From NCBI GenBank assembly GCA_049320885.1, contig JBMORA010000063.1, positions 32,001 to 96,000 of the forward strand: a stretch of 64,000 bases of DNA. The letters are read 5' to 3'. Shown piece after piece: positions 48,945 to 59,766 of the stretch. Under the pieces are notes generated by a model, which was given only the letters and a program-made list of their open reading frames with translations, searched no databases and had not been told where the DNA came from. The translations under genes were made by a program, and so were the position numbers. Position 1 is the first letter of the stretch, and every line of letters begins with the position of its first letter. This DNA is from Thermodesulfobacteriota bacterium (GTDB lineage: Bacteria; Desulfobacterota; Desulfobacteria; Desulfobacterales; SURF-7).

Positions 48945-50041
48945 ACGCAAGCAGCGGGTTGTTGAAACGGAAATGGGTCTGGTTGTTTCTCCTGGGGGTG
49001 GTCGCGGCCGCCGGGTGGCTGATGCTGAGGGAAGGAAAAACGGTGCCGGTCAAGGCGGTTGCAGTCAAACCCGGCGAACTCCGCGTCATCGTGAACGCCA
49101 CCACCACTTCCACGGTCAAATCCGAAACCGAGGTCACTTTGTCGGCCCAGCGCACGGGCCGGGTCGTCAAACTGCCGGTGCGCGAGGGCGACACCGTCAA
49201 AGCCGGGGATCTCATCGCCCAACTGGATTTGAGTGAGGAATCGGTTCAGACCAGAAGCAACCTGGATCAGAGCAGGGCCACCTTTGAGGAGTCCCAAAAA
49301 AACCGTGCCCGCATGGAAGCCCTGTTCCGGAAGGGCATGATCGCCCAGCAGGATCTGGATGCGGCCCGCCGGGCCCATGAAATCGCCGAAGCCCAATACA
49401 CGGCGGCCTCGGCCGACGCCGCGGTGAAACAAGATTATTCCATCATCCGAACGCCTTTTGACGGCGTCGTGGCCAAAAAATACACCGAGGTGGGAGAACT
49501 GCTGCTTCCCGGAAAGCAGATCGTGATGATCGTGAATCCGGAACTCATCTATGTGCTTGCCACCATCGACGAAGTCGATGTGGGCAGACTCGAGCTGAAT
49601 CAACCCGTCACCATCACCGTCGACGCCTACCCGGGCGAACGATTCCAAGGGCGGGTGGGCCGGATATCACCCATTGTCAGCGGCGGCAAGCTTGAAACCC
49701 GCACGGCGGACGTGTGGGTGTATTTCAATGAAAAACAGCCGAAAATCAAACCCGGCATGTCGGCGGACGTGGAGATCCTGGTGATGACACTGGCGGACGT
49801 GCTGTCCGTCCCCTCCCAGGCCATTATCGAAAGGGAAGGCAAAAAACAGCTTTACTGCGCCGCCGGAGCCTCCTTGAAACCCGGCGACACGGCCCCGGCG
49901 ATATTGAAACCCGTGGGCATCGGGGAGACCAATTGGAGCTTCACCCAGATCACCGATGGTCTTTCCTCCGGGGAATACGTCATCACCACCCCCGAAGCCG
50001 AGGGACTGGAAAACGGCGTCAAGGTCAGGATCGAACCGTAA
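48941..50041 (+). CDS. Efflux periplasmic adaptor (MacA-like membrane fusion protein)
   Basis: N-terminal TM, GRVVKLPVREGDTVKAGD, IRTPFDGVV, KPGMSADV. Confidence 0.9.
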   Translation: MNASSGLLKRKWVWLFLLGVVAAAGWLMLREGKTVPVKAVAVKPGELRVIVNATTTSTVKSETEVTLSAQRTGRVVKLPVREGDTVKAGDLIAQLDLSEESVQTRSNLDQSRATFEESQKNRARMEALFRKGMIAQQDLDAARRAHEIAEAQYTAASADAAVKQDYSIIRTPFDGVVAKKYTEVGELLLPGKQIVMIVNPELIYVLATIDEVDVGRLELNQPVTITVDAYPGERFQGRVGRISPIVSGGKLETRTADVWVYFNEKQPKIKPGMSADVEILVMTLADVLSVPSQAIIEREGKKQLYCAAGASLKPGDTAPAILKPVGIGETNWSFTQITDGLSSGEYVITTPEAEGLENGVKVRIEP

Positions 50042-50068
50042 CCTAAAAGAACTCCCCGGAGCCATGCG

Positions 50069-50742
<674 letters not shown>

Positions 50743-50746
<4 letters not shown>

Positions 50747-51951
50747 ATTTACTCGAAACCTTCCGGGTGGCTTTCGAGGCCATCCTGTCCAACAAAATGC
50801 GCTCCGGCTTGACCATGCTCGGCGTGATCATCGGCGTCATGGCGGTGATCCTGCTGGTATCCATCGGCGAAGGGGCCCGGACCTATATCACCAAGGAACT
50901 GACCGGGCTCGGCACGAACCTGCTCATTATCACCTCCGGCAAGACCAGCACCAGCGGGGGATTCCATCCACCATCGGCCGGGACCGTGCGCAAACTGACC
51001 TATGACGACTCCCTGGCCATCCGGCGCCGGGCCTGGCTGTTGACCGACGCGGTACCCATTGTATTCGGCACCGGCAAGATCAAGTATGAAAACCGCGGCC
51101 GCGACACCAGCATCATCGGCACGACAAGGGAATTCGAACGCGTGCGGAACCTCTTTGTGGAAACCGGCGCATTTGTATCCCAGGGGGATGTGGATTCCAA
51201 GGCCAAGGTCGTGGTCCTGGGCAGACGGGTGAAGGATGAACTGTTCGGCGAGGAAAGCCCCCTGGGAAAAATCGTACGGGTTGCCGATGCGCGCTACCGG
51301 GTGGTGGGAGTCATGCGGAAAAAAGGCACGAGTCTCGGCTGGGATATCGATGATGTGGTCTTCATCCCCGTGACCAGCGGCCAGGAGCTGTTCGACACCG
51401 ACGGGTTGTTTGAAATCATCGCCTCCACTCCCCGGGCCGAGGATGTGGATCGCGCCATCGTCCAGATCAAGAATATTCTCATCCGGCGCCATGCCCACAA
51501 GGAGGATTTCACCATCCAGACCCAGGGCGCCATTCTGGAAACCATGACCACCATCCTCGGCGTGTTGACCGCCGTGCTGGGCGGCATCGCCGGCATATCG
51601 CTCCTGGTGGGCGGCATCGGCATCATGAACATCATGCTGGTTTCAGTGCGCGAGCGCACGCGGGAAATCGGGATCCGCAAGGCCCTCGGCGCCCGCAACC
51701 GCGACATCATGGCCCAGTTCATCGTCGAGGCCATCACCCTGAGCGGCGCGGGCGGCGTTATCGGTATCTTCGCCGGCGTGGGCATCGCCCTCGCCATCCC
51801 CGTCTTCGTGACCGTCCTGCCCACCAGCGTCTCGGCCTGGTCCATCGCCATGGCCTTCGGTTTTTCCGTGGCCGTGGGGGTGTTCTTCGGCGTGTATCCG
51901 GCCCGCAAGGCCGCCCTCCAGGATCCCATCCAGGCCCTGCGGTACGAATAG
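50743..51951 (+). CDS. ABC transporter permease (MacB/FtsX-like)
   Basis: RSGLTMLGVIIG, GGIGIMNIMLVSVRERTREIGIRKALGA, YPARKAA..DPIQALRYE. Confidence 0.95.
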
Positions 51952-52014
51952 TCGCCGACGGCTGTTGGCAGCCCATTGTGTTTATTTCCCTGGTCATGGT
52001 ATAGTCACACCGGT

Positions 52015-53505
52015 ATGATTGCCGGACTCATCACAAAATGGTTCAACCTGGCCACCGCCAGGCTGCGCTCCACCCGCCGCTGGCCCTGGTTCCTGGCCGC
52101 CTTGATCGTCGTCCTGTCCGAGATATTCACCCTGATCATGAACAGCATCAACAGCCTGATCTGGTACGGCCGGATCGATCGGGATCTCCTGCTCATCGGC
52201 ACCATCGACGCCTTTGCCGTTTCCATCATGGTGGGCCTCATCGCCATCTTCTTGATCAAGCACGCCTTCAGCCTGGAAAACGTCAACCGAAGGCTCCAGG
52301 AACAGATCGAGCAGCTCAATCGCGCGGAGCGGCAGCGCCGCGAACTGGAGGAGCAGCTCGCCCGGGCCAGAAAAATGGAAGCGGTGGGAACCCTGGCGGG
52401 CGGCGTGGCCCATGACCTGAACAATATCCTGAGCGGGCTGGTCACCTATCCGGATTTATTGCTCATGGAAATCCCCGAAGACAGCTGGCTGCATTCCCCC
52501 CTGTTGACCATCAAGTCATCGGGTGAGCGGGCCGCCGCCGTGGTGCAGGACCTTCTGGCCCTGGCCCGCAGGGGCTGTGTCTCCGAAGCCATGCTCAACT
52601 TCAACGATATCATCACCCAGTACAAAGCCAGTCTGGAATTTCAGGCCCTGCAAGCCAATCATCCCCGGGTGGGCCTTGTCACCTCTCTGGCCATGGAGTT
52701 GCCGTCCATCAAGGGTTCGGCGGTTCATTTGGGAAGGGCGCTGATGAATCTGGTCACCAACGCCTTTGAGGCCATGCCGTCGGGCGGCACGGTCGCGGTG
52801 AGCTCGGAAAACCTGGTCCTGGAACGGTTATACAAAGGCTACGAAGTGATTCCGGCGGGCGATTATGTGGTGATCGGCGTTGCCGACAAAGGGCCGGGGA
52901 TCGACCGCCGGCATCTGGAGTCCATCTTTGAACCGTTTTACACGAAAAAAGCCATGGGGCGGAGCGGCACCGGCCTGGGCCTGGCCGTGGTATGGGGCAC
53001 GGTCAAGGATCACGGCGGGTATATCGACGTCACCAGCGGGGATGACGCCGGAACCCTCTTCCGGCTTTTTCTGCCCGCCGCGGGCCGGCCTGTCCCCGGA
53101 GAGGCCCCCACCGCTTCCATCGACGATTACCGTTCCCGGGGGGAAACCATCCTCGTGGTGGACGACATCGAGGAACAGCGCCTGCTGGCCGGGGACATCC
53201 TGGGCCGGCTGGGGTATCGAGTGCATACGGTCCAAGGAGGCCGGGAAGCGGTGGACTTCTGTAAAACCACCCCCGTGGACCTGGTGGTCCTGGACATGAT
53301 CATGGATCCGGGGATGGACGGTCTGGAAACCTACCAGCAAATCCTCGCCTGCCGGCCCGGCCAGAAGGCCATCATCGCCAGCGGCTTTTCCGAGACCGAC
53401 CGGGTCACCCAGGCATTGGCCCTGGGCGCCGGAGCTTACGTCAGCAAACCCTACCTGGCCTCCCAACTCGGCCAGGCCGTGCGCCGGGAGTTGGACCGGA
53501 AATAA
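52015..53505 (+). CDS. Hybrid histidine kinase/response regulator with a short 2-TM input region
   Basis: Two TM segments, LAGGVAHDLNN, FYTKK..GTGLGL, C-terminal REC. Confidence 0.9.
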   Translation: MIAGLITKWFNLATARLRSTRRWPWFLAALIVVLSEIFTLIMNSINSLIWYGRIDRDLLLIGTIDAFAVSIMVGLIAIFLIKHAFSLENVNRRLQEQIEQLNRAERQRRELEEQLARARKMEAVGTLAGGVAHDLNNILSGLVTYPDLLLMEIPEDSWLHSPLLTIKSSGERAAAVVQDLLALARRGCVSEAMLNFNDIITQYKASLEFQALQANHPRVGLVTSLAMELPSIKGSAVHLGRALMNLVTNAFEAMPSGGTVAVSSENLVLERLYKGYEVIPAGDYVVIGVADKGPGIDRRHLESIFEPFYTKKAMGRSGTGLGLAVVWGTVKDHGGYIDVTSGDDAGTLFRLFLPAAGRPVPGEAPTASIDDYRSRGETILVVDDIEEQRLLAGDILGRLGYRVHTVQGGREAVDFCKTTPVDLVVLDMIMDPGMDGLETYQQILACRPGQKAIIASGFSETDRVTQALALGAGAYVSKPYLASQLGQAVRRELDRK

Positions 53506-53540
53506 AGCCGCTACGATGATCAAAAAGGAGATAAAACAAA

Positions 53541-54404
53541 ATGAATTTGATGCTAAAACTCGGCAAACAAAGCGTTGTCACCACCGAACTGGGTCCGGTG
53601 AAAGGTGCCATGGCCCGGGAGGCTCTTGAAAAGGCCGCCGCCTATGCCGCGCTCGACGGGGTCAACATCCATGATTGCCCCATGGGGAATTTGCGGATCA
53701 ATTCCATCGCCATGGGCAGCCTGATCCAGGCCCGGCTGGGACTCTCCGCGATCCCCCATTTCACCTGTCGCGACCGCAGCCTGCTGGGCACCCAGGCGGA
53801 TCTTCTCGGCGCGCACGCTCTCGGCATCCGCGCCCTGCTCGTGACCACCGGAGATCCGCCCAAACACGGCCCCTATGCCTCCAAGGCGGTATATGATTGC
53901 AACACCTTCGAACTGGTTCGGCTGGTCAAGAAAATGAACGCCGGGCTGGATGCAAACGACAAGGAATTCGGCGGCCATACGGACTTCACCGTCGCCTGCA
54001 CCGCCATGCCCACGGCCCGTGACCTGGATCGCGAACTGGAACGCATGCAGAAAAAAATCGACGCCGGCGCCGACTTTTTTCAAACCCAGGTCGTTTATGA
54101 CGTGGAAAAAGCCCTTCGGTTCGCCGAAGCGGCCCGCAAGCTCGGCAAGCCCTTCCTGATGGGTGTCATGCCCTTGAAAAGCGTCAAGATGGCCCGGTAC
54201 ATGCAGGAAAAAGTCGAGGGTATCGACGTGCCGGATCACATCATCGCAAGCATGGAAAGGCACGGTCAAAGCGGCATCGACATCGTCTGCCGCATCGTCC
54301 GCGAAATCCACGCCCATGTGGATGGCATCCATATCATGGCGCTGGGGGATGTGGCGGGCACCAACCGGATTATCGAGTTCGCCCGCTCCCTGCCGAAAGC
54401 GTGA
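53541..54404 (+). CDS. metF: Methylenetetrahydrofolate reductase family protein
   Basis: IPHFTCRDR, TGDPP, KKIDAGADFFQTQVVYD; AAGGAG RBS. Confidence 0.85.
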   Translation: MNLMLKLGKQSVVTTELGPVKGAMAREALEKAAAYAALDGVNIHDCPMGNLRINSIAMGSLIQARLGLSAIPHFTCRDRSLLGTQADLLGAHALGIRALLVTTGDPPKHGPYASKAVYDCNTFELVRLVKKMNAGLDANDKEFGGHTDFTVACTAMPTARDLDRELERMQKKIDAGADFFQTQVVYDVEKALRFAEAARKLGKPFLMGVMPLKSVKMARYMQEKVEGIDVPDHIIASMERHGQSGIDIVCRIVREIHAHVDGIHIMALGDVAGTNRIIEFARSLPKA

Positions 54405-54485
54405 GCTCCATATTGATTTCGTCTTGATTTGAACAATAATAATGAACTATATTATAATAAATTCTGGTTCATTTTGGAGGCTTCA

Positions 54486-54740
54486 ATGAAATCAATAACC
54501 ATACACGGCATTGATAATGATCTTGATAAAAAGATCGCGGAAAAATCAAAAGAATACGGATTAAGTCAAAACCGTACCGTGAAATATATCCTTCAAAGTA
54601 CATTGCTGACGGATCATAAAGCGGCAAAAAAAAAGGCCTTCTCCGATTTGTTTGGAAAATGGACATCACAAGAAAAAGCCGAATTTGAGAACAGAATCGA
54701 AGATCTGGAAAAGATTGATGCATCGGATTGGAAAAAATGA
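54486..54740 (+). CDS. Ribbon-helix-helix type antitoxin (VapB-like)
   Basis: MKSITIHGID..L...I......GLSQN; GGAGG RBS; overlaps the downstream PIN toxin. Confidence 0.8.
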   Translation: MKSITIHGIDNDLDKKIAEKSKEYGLSQNRTVKYILQSTLLTDHKAAKKKAFSDLFGKWTSQEKAEFENRIEDLEKIDASDWKK

Positions 54741-55135
54741 AGAAAATTTTGCTGGATACAAACGCCTATACCGCGTTTATGAATGGAGACCAAATCGTTT
54801 TTGATTATATCATTGAATCAGAAAAGATATTTGTATCAACCATAATGGCGGGAGAACTTTTCGCTGGATTTATTGGAGGCAAAAAATATCGTGAAAATGT
54901 CGGTGAATTGAAACAATTTCTTCAAAAAGAAGGGGTTTTGACAGTAGATGTAACAATAGAAACCGCAGAAATATTTGGTGAAATAAAATCAGAACTCAGC
55001 AAAACAGGGGAAATGATCCCATTAAATGATATTTGGATAGCAGCGCATGCAATCGAAACCGGTTCCAAATTGATCACCTATGATGCACATTTCAAAAACA
55101 TCCATGGCCTTAGAATTTGGGAAGTAGTGGGATGA
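54737..55135 (+). CDS. vapC: Type II TA VapC (PIN domain) toxin
   Basis: LLDTNAY, GEL..G, IPLNDIWIAAHA, LITYDAHF. Confidence 0.92.
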   Translation: MKKILLDTNAYTAFMNGDQIVFDYIIESEKIFVSTIMAGELFAGFIGGKKYRENVGELKQFLQKEGVLTVDVTIETAEIFGEIKSELSKTGEMIPLNDIWIAAHAIETGSKLITYDAHFKNIHGLRIWEVVG

Positions 55136-55139
55136 ATCC

Positions 55140-55943
55140 ATGGTGACCATCATCATCACCTATCTGGGCGTCGGAGCCGTCGCCGGGATACTGGCGGGAT
55201 TGCTGGGAGTCGGCGGCGGACTGATCATCGTACCCATGCTGGTGTTTTGTCTGACCCGGGAGGCGGTCGCTCCCCAGGCTGTCATGCATATCTCCCTGGG
55301 CACGTCCATGGCCAGCATCATGTTCACCTCCATATCCAGCTTTTCCGCCCATCACAAGCACGGGGCCGTGCAATGGTCCGTGGTGCGCCGCATTGTTCCG
55401 GGGATCCTCACCGGCACTTTCCTGGGCTCCTGCGTGGCCGCCCTGCTGTCCACCAATTTCCTGAAGGCTTTTTTCGTGGTGTTTTTATATTACGTGGCCG
55501 TCCAGATGCTGACCAATCGAAAACCAACGCCATCCCGCACGCTTCCCGGAGCTGCCGGCATGTTCATTGCCGGCAATATCATCGGTATGACGTCAAGTCT
55601 CGTGGGAATCGGCGGGGGTTCCCTATCGGTGCCCTTCATGATATGGTGCAATCTGGCCGTGCATGAGGCCATCGGGACTTCAGCCGCCATCGGTTTCCCC
55701 ATTGCAGTGGCCGGAACCATCGGCTATCTTTTCAATGGCTGGCAAGTGGATGGATTGCCCGCTGCTTCCCTCGGCTATATCTACCTCCCCGCCCTGGCCG
55801 GAATTGTCGGCGCGAGTGTGCTGACCGCGCCCCTGGGCGTTCGCCTGGCCCACCGTCTGCCGGTGGACAAGCTCAAGCGCCTATTCGCCGCCCTGCTCAT
55901 TGTCATGGGGACGCGTATGCTGGCCGGTTTGATCTGGCCATGA
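55140..55943 (+). CDS. TauE/SafE family sulfite exporter
   Basis: AGLLGVGGGLIIVP, GTSMA, LVGIGGGSLSVP, AIGTSAA. Confidence 0.9.
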   Translation: MVTIIITYLGVGAVAGILAGLLGVGGGLIIVPMLVFCLTREAVAPQAVMHISLGTSMASIMFTSISSFSAHHKHGAVQWSVVRRIVPGILTGTFLGSCVAALLSTNFLKAFFVVFLYYVAVQMLTNRKPTPSRTLPGAAGMFIAGNIIGMTSSLVGIGGGSLSVPFMIWCNLAVHEAIGTSAAIGFPIAVAGTIGYLFNGWQVDGLPAASLGYIYLPALAGIVGASVLTAPLGVRLAHRLPVDKLKRLFAALLIVMGTRMLAGLIWP

Positions 55944-55965
55944 TTTTCCGGCGACCGCCCCCGTT

Positions 55966-56640
55966 TCATGTTTCCGATGATTCCGAATCCTGGCGTTTCC
56001 GGTACCATTCCTCATCCTGATACAATTCCTCCGCGCAGGCCGGACAGATGCTGTGGCTGAACAGGACTTCCGAATGTTTCTGGATATAAGCTTCCAGTTT
56101 GTTCCAGTATCCCCTGTCATCCCGGATTTGATGGCAATTGCTGCAGATGGGGAGCAGTCCGCTCAATTTCCTTACGGACTTCAGGGCGTTCTGCAAATCC
56201 CCGATGAGTCGTTCCTTTTCCGCTTCCGCCCGTTTTCGTTCCGTAATATCGCGGATGAAACCGAAAATCTGGGTTTCCGTGCCGTACTGGAACAAGGCCG
56301 CGGTGATCTCCACCGGGAAAGTGCTTCCGTCCTTGCGCAACAGCAGATCTTCCGTTTTCACGGTTTCCCCTTGCATGATTTTCTGCCATAAAATCGCGGC
56401 CTGTTCCGGTTCAAGCCCCCGCTGAAAATCATATACACTCATGGAAAGCAGTTCGCTGCGCGAATATCCCATGAATTCGCAGGCCTTTTCATTCACCTGG
56501 ACCAGCCGGCCGTTCAAATCATGAGCGAAAAAAGCGTCCGGTGCGTTTTCAATGATGGTTTTCAGCCTGTTTTCGTTTTCTTGAACAATGGATAGAACTG
56601 GTTCATGAGAAGCCGTATCGATTTGTTTCTCTCCCGGCAT
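55966..56640 (-). CDS. PAS domain protein with C-terminal CxxC...H..CxxC domain
   Basis: ENAPDAFF..RKDGSTFPVEI..RDITERK, then LLPICSNCHQIRDDRGYW..FSHSICPAC; GGAGGGG RBS. Confidence 0.85.
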   Translation of the reverse strand: MPGEKQIDTASHEPVLSIVQENENRLKTIIENAPDAFFAHDLNGRLVQVNEKACEFMGYSRSELLSMSVYDFQRGLEPEQAAILWQKIMQGETVKTEDLLLRKDGSTFPVEITAALFQYGTETQIFGFIRDITERKRAEAEKERLIGDLQNALKSVRKLSGLLPICSNCHQIRDDRGYWNKLEAYIQKHSEVLFSHSICPACAEELYQDEEWYRKRQDSESSET

Positions 56641-56915
56641 GGCCCCCTCCATCGCCGATGGTTTCCACCGGCAACGATAGCTGGAATGAAGCGTTTTCTG
56701 CTTTATACCTTTACTCGGACCAATTAGACAAGAAACATTTCGAGGGCCGATCCCTGACGGACTCGGCGATTCGATTCGGGCTTGCAATCACTTTTGGATT
56801 GCCGTAAGCTGCATCGGTTTTTGAATTGCCGAGGTCTCGGGGGCGACCTTGCGGGCCTGGGGAATGATGTTGGAGGAGAAGGTAAACCACCCACCGCATG
56901 ATGGAGGAGGAAAGC

Positions 56916-58043
56916 ATGAAAAAAGCGTTGTTGTTGACGGTCATGAGCGTTGTATTGTCGGTTCTGTGCGTCACCCATGCCGGAGCGGCCGATGAAATCA
57001 AGATCGGCGCCATTCTGAGGCTGTCCCAGGGCGCTTCCGACGGTCTGCCGGCCAGACGGGGAATCGAGATCGCGGTAAAGGAAATCAACGCCAAAGGCGG
57101 TATTGCCGGCAAACCCCTGCGCGTCATCTATGAGGACAGCAAGGACGCTCCCCAGACCGCGGTGGCGGCCTTCCAGAAGCTGGTCAACATGGACGGCGTC
57201 AAGGTGATCATCGGCCCCATGATGAGCGGCGAAGTCCTGGCCGTGGCACCGGTGGCCATGTCCAACAAGATCGTCGTCATCACTCCCAACGGCACTTCGC
57301 CGAAGATTTCCGAAGCCGGCGAATACATCTACCGCGGCTGCACCAGCATCGATAAACAGGCTTCGGCCCTGACCCGCCATGCCAAAGAAAAACTGAAAAC
57401 CACCAAGGTCGCCATTCTGTACAGCAATGAACCCTATGGCAAGGGCTGCAACGATCTGTTCACCAAAAATTTCACCGACCTCGGGATACCGGTGGTGATT
57501 TCCGAAAGTTTCATGGTGGGGGACCGGGATTTCTCGGCCCAGCTCACCAAGATCAAGCAGCAGCAGTTCGACCTGATCTTCATCCCCGGCTATCTGCAGG
57601 AAACCGCCCCGGCCGTTTCCCAGGCCCGGAAGATGGGCATCACCGCGACCTCCATGGGCGTCTTCGGCGACATGGCCCCCAAATACATTGAACTGGCCGG
57701 CAAGGCCGCCGAGGGGCATATCAACGCCAGCGAATACAATGAGGATTATGACACGCCCGCCAACAAGACCTTCAAGGAAGCCTATTTCAACATCGTGAAG
57801 ACCACCGCCAACGAGCCCAACAACATCATGTTCGCGGCCATCACCTATGACATGACCCGCCTTACGGCCGAGGCCCTGGCGGCAAAAGGAAACGAACCGG
57901 ATGCGGTCCGGGCCTATCTCGACACGGTGAAGGATTTTGACGGCGTCACCGGCAAGCTCAGCTTTGATCAAAACGGCGACGTGATCAAGCAGGGTGTTTA
58001 CCTTTTCAAGGTCTCCGGCGGCAAATACGTAAAGGTCGAGTAG
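56916..58043 (+). CDS. Branched-chain amino acid ABC transporter substrate-binding protein (LivK-like)
   Basis: Signal peptide, EINAKGGIAGK, DFSAQLTKIK, FDGVTGKLSFDQNGD. Confidence 0.92.
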   Translation: MKKALLLTVMSVVLSVLCVTHAGAADEIKIGAILRLSQGASDGLPARRGIEIAVKEINAKGGIAGKPLRVIYEDSKDAPQTAVAAFQKLVNMDGVKVIIGPMMSGEVLAVAPVAMSNKIVVITPNGTSPKISEAGEYIYRGCTSIDKQASALTRHAKEKLKTTKVAILYSNEPYGKGCNDLFTKNFTDLGIPVVISESFMVGDRDFSAQLTKIKQQQFDLIFIPGYLQETAPAVSQARKMGITATSMGVFGDMAPKYIELAGKAAEGHINASEYNEDYDTPANKTFKEAYFNIVKTTANEPNNIMFAAITYDMTRLTAEALAAKGNEPDAVRAYLDTVKDFDGVTGKLSFDQNGDVIKQGVYLFKVSGGKYVKVE

Positions 58044-58044
58044 G

Positions 58045-58902
58045 GTGTTTTTTCAGCAACTCATCAACGGGCTGGTGGCGGGGTGCGCTTATGCCCTGGT
58101 GGCCCTGGGCTATACCATGATTTTCGGCATCCTGGGCATCGTCAATTTCGCCCAGGGCGAGATTTACATGTTCGGCGCTTTCAGCGCCATCTACACCCTC
58201 GCCGCCACCGGCAATATCTGGCTTGCGGCCGCCGCCGGCATGGCGGCGGCCTGCCTGGTGGGCCTGCTGCTAGAACGCATCGCCTTCCGGCCCCTGCGGG
58301 AAACCCATCCCCTCATTCCGCTGATCAGCGCCATCGGCGCCTCCATTTTTCTGAGTTCCCTGGCAAGACTGCTTTTCGGGCCGGAGGACCGGGCTTTTCC
58401 CCATGAATTTCATCCGGTTTCCTATGAGTTCGGGGGCATCGCCATCAATCAAATCCAGATCTTCATCGTGGCAGCCTCCATCGCCCTGATGACCATCCTG
58501 TCGCTTTTTCTGTACTTCACCAGACACGGCAAGGCCATCATGGCGGTGGCCATGGACAGCGATGCGGCCCGTCTTTCCGGGATCAACGTCAACCGGGCCT
58601 ATGAAATCACCTTCGTCCTCGGCTCGGCTCTGAGCGGAGCCTCCGGCATCATGATGGCGGTTTACTACAACGCCACCTCTCCCACCATGGGGCTCCTGCC
58701 CGGACTCAAGGCTTTTTCGGCGGCCATTCTGGGAGGCGTGGGCTCCATTCCGGGGGCCATTGTCGGCGCCCTGGTGCTGGGCGTGGCCGAGAACCTGGGG
58801 GCGGCCTACATCTCCTCCAGCTTCAAGGACGCCTTCGCCTTCATCGCCCTGGTGCTGGTGCTGATCCTGCGGCCCCGGGGCATCATGGGGTCGCGCAAAT
58901 GA
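58045..58902 (+). CDS. livH: Branched-chain amino acid ABC transporter permease
   Basis: YALVALGYTMIFG..NFAQGE, KAFSAAILGGVGS, RPRGI. Confidence 0.92.
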   Translation: MFFQQLINGLVAGCAYALVALGYTMIFGILGIVNFAQGEIYMFGAFSAIYTLAATGNIWLAAAAGMAAACLVGLLLERIAFRPLRETHPLIPLISAIGASIFLSSLARLLFGPEDRAFPHEFHPVSYEFGGIAINQIQIFIVAASIALMTILSLFLYFTRHGKAIMAVAMDSDAARLSGINVNRAYEITFVLGSALSGASGIMMAVYYNATSPTMGLLPGLKAFSAAILGGVGSIPGAIVGALVLGVAENLGAAYISSSFKDAFAFIALVLVLILRPRGIMGSRK

Positions 58903-59765
58903 ATCCCTATCTGCTGCATGTCCTCATCATGATGGCCATCTATGCCATTCTGGCCCTCAGCCTCAACATCATCGTGGGTTTCACCGGCCTCGTTTCCCTG
59001 GGCCATGCCGCCTTTTTCGGCATCGGCGCTTACATCAGCGGTCTGCTCATGATCAACGGCTGGGATTTTCCAGCGGCCTTCTGCCTGGCCGGCTGCGCTT
59101 CCATGGCCGTGGGTTTCCTCCTGGCCCTGCCGGCCCTGCGCGTCAAGGACGATTACCTCGCCATCGTGACCCTGGGCTTCGGCATCATCGTGGGGCTGGT
59201 ATTCATCAACCTGGATGTCACCGGCGGTCCGGACGGCCTGGTGGGGATTCCGCCGGTTGCGCTATTCGGCCGGCAGCTCCATTCCAAAACCGGGTTCCTG
59301 GTCCTTACCGGTTGCGTCCTGGTCGTCATGGTGCTGTGCATGCACCGCCTGAAAAGTTCCAAAATCGGCCGGGCCTGGGCCGCCATTCGCGACAACGACA
59401 CCTCGGCCATGTTCATGGGAATCAACGTCTTTGCCTACAAAACCATGGCCTTCGCCACCAGTTCCTTCTGGGCCGGCCTGGCGGGCAGCCTTTACGCCCA
59501 CTACACGGCCTACATCAATCCCCATACCTTCAACATGCATACATCCATCATGATTCTTTCCATGGTGGTGCTGGGCGGCATCGGCAGCATCAGCGGCGCC
59601 CTGCTGGGGGCTTTCCTGCTGATCCTGCTGCCGGAATTGCTCCGGCCCCTGGCGGATTACCAGGACCTCTTTTACGGCGCCCTGCTGGTGGCCATGATGG
59701 TGTATCGGCCCCAGGGCATCATGGGCCGGGTCAAAATCACCGAGATGTTCGGGAGGAAGGGCTGA
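58899..59765 (+). CDS. livM: Branched-chain amino acid ABC transporter permease
   Basis: GLVSLGHAAFFGIGAY, DYLAIVTLGFG, GRAWAAIRDN, MVVLGGIGS. Confidence 0.92.
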   Translation: MNPYLLHVLIMMAIYAILALSLNIIVGFTGLVSLGHAAFFGIGAYISGLLMINGWDFPAAFCLAGCASMAVGFLLALPALRVKDDYLAIVTLGFGIIVGLVFINLDVTGGPDGLVGIPPVALFGRQLHSKTGFLVLTGCVLVVMVLCMHRLKSSKIGRAWAAIRDNDTSAMFMGINVFAYKTMAFATSSFWAGLAGSLYAHYTAYINPHTFNMHTSIMILSMVVLGGIGSISGALLGAFLLILLPELLRPLADYQDLFYGALLVAMMVYRPQGIMGRVKITEMFGRKG

Positions 59766-59766
59766 T

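Noticed and set aside
56700..56900. Riboswitch or T-box upstream of the liv operon
   Set aside because: Some hairpin potential but no recognisable conserved aptamer or T-box motif.
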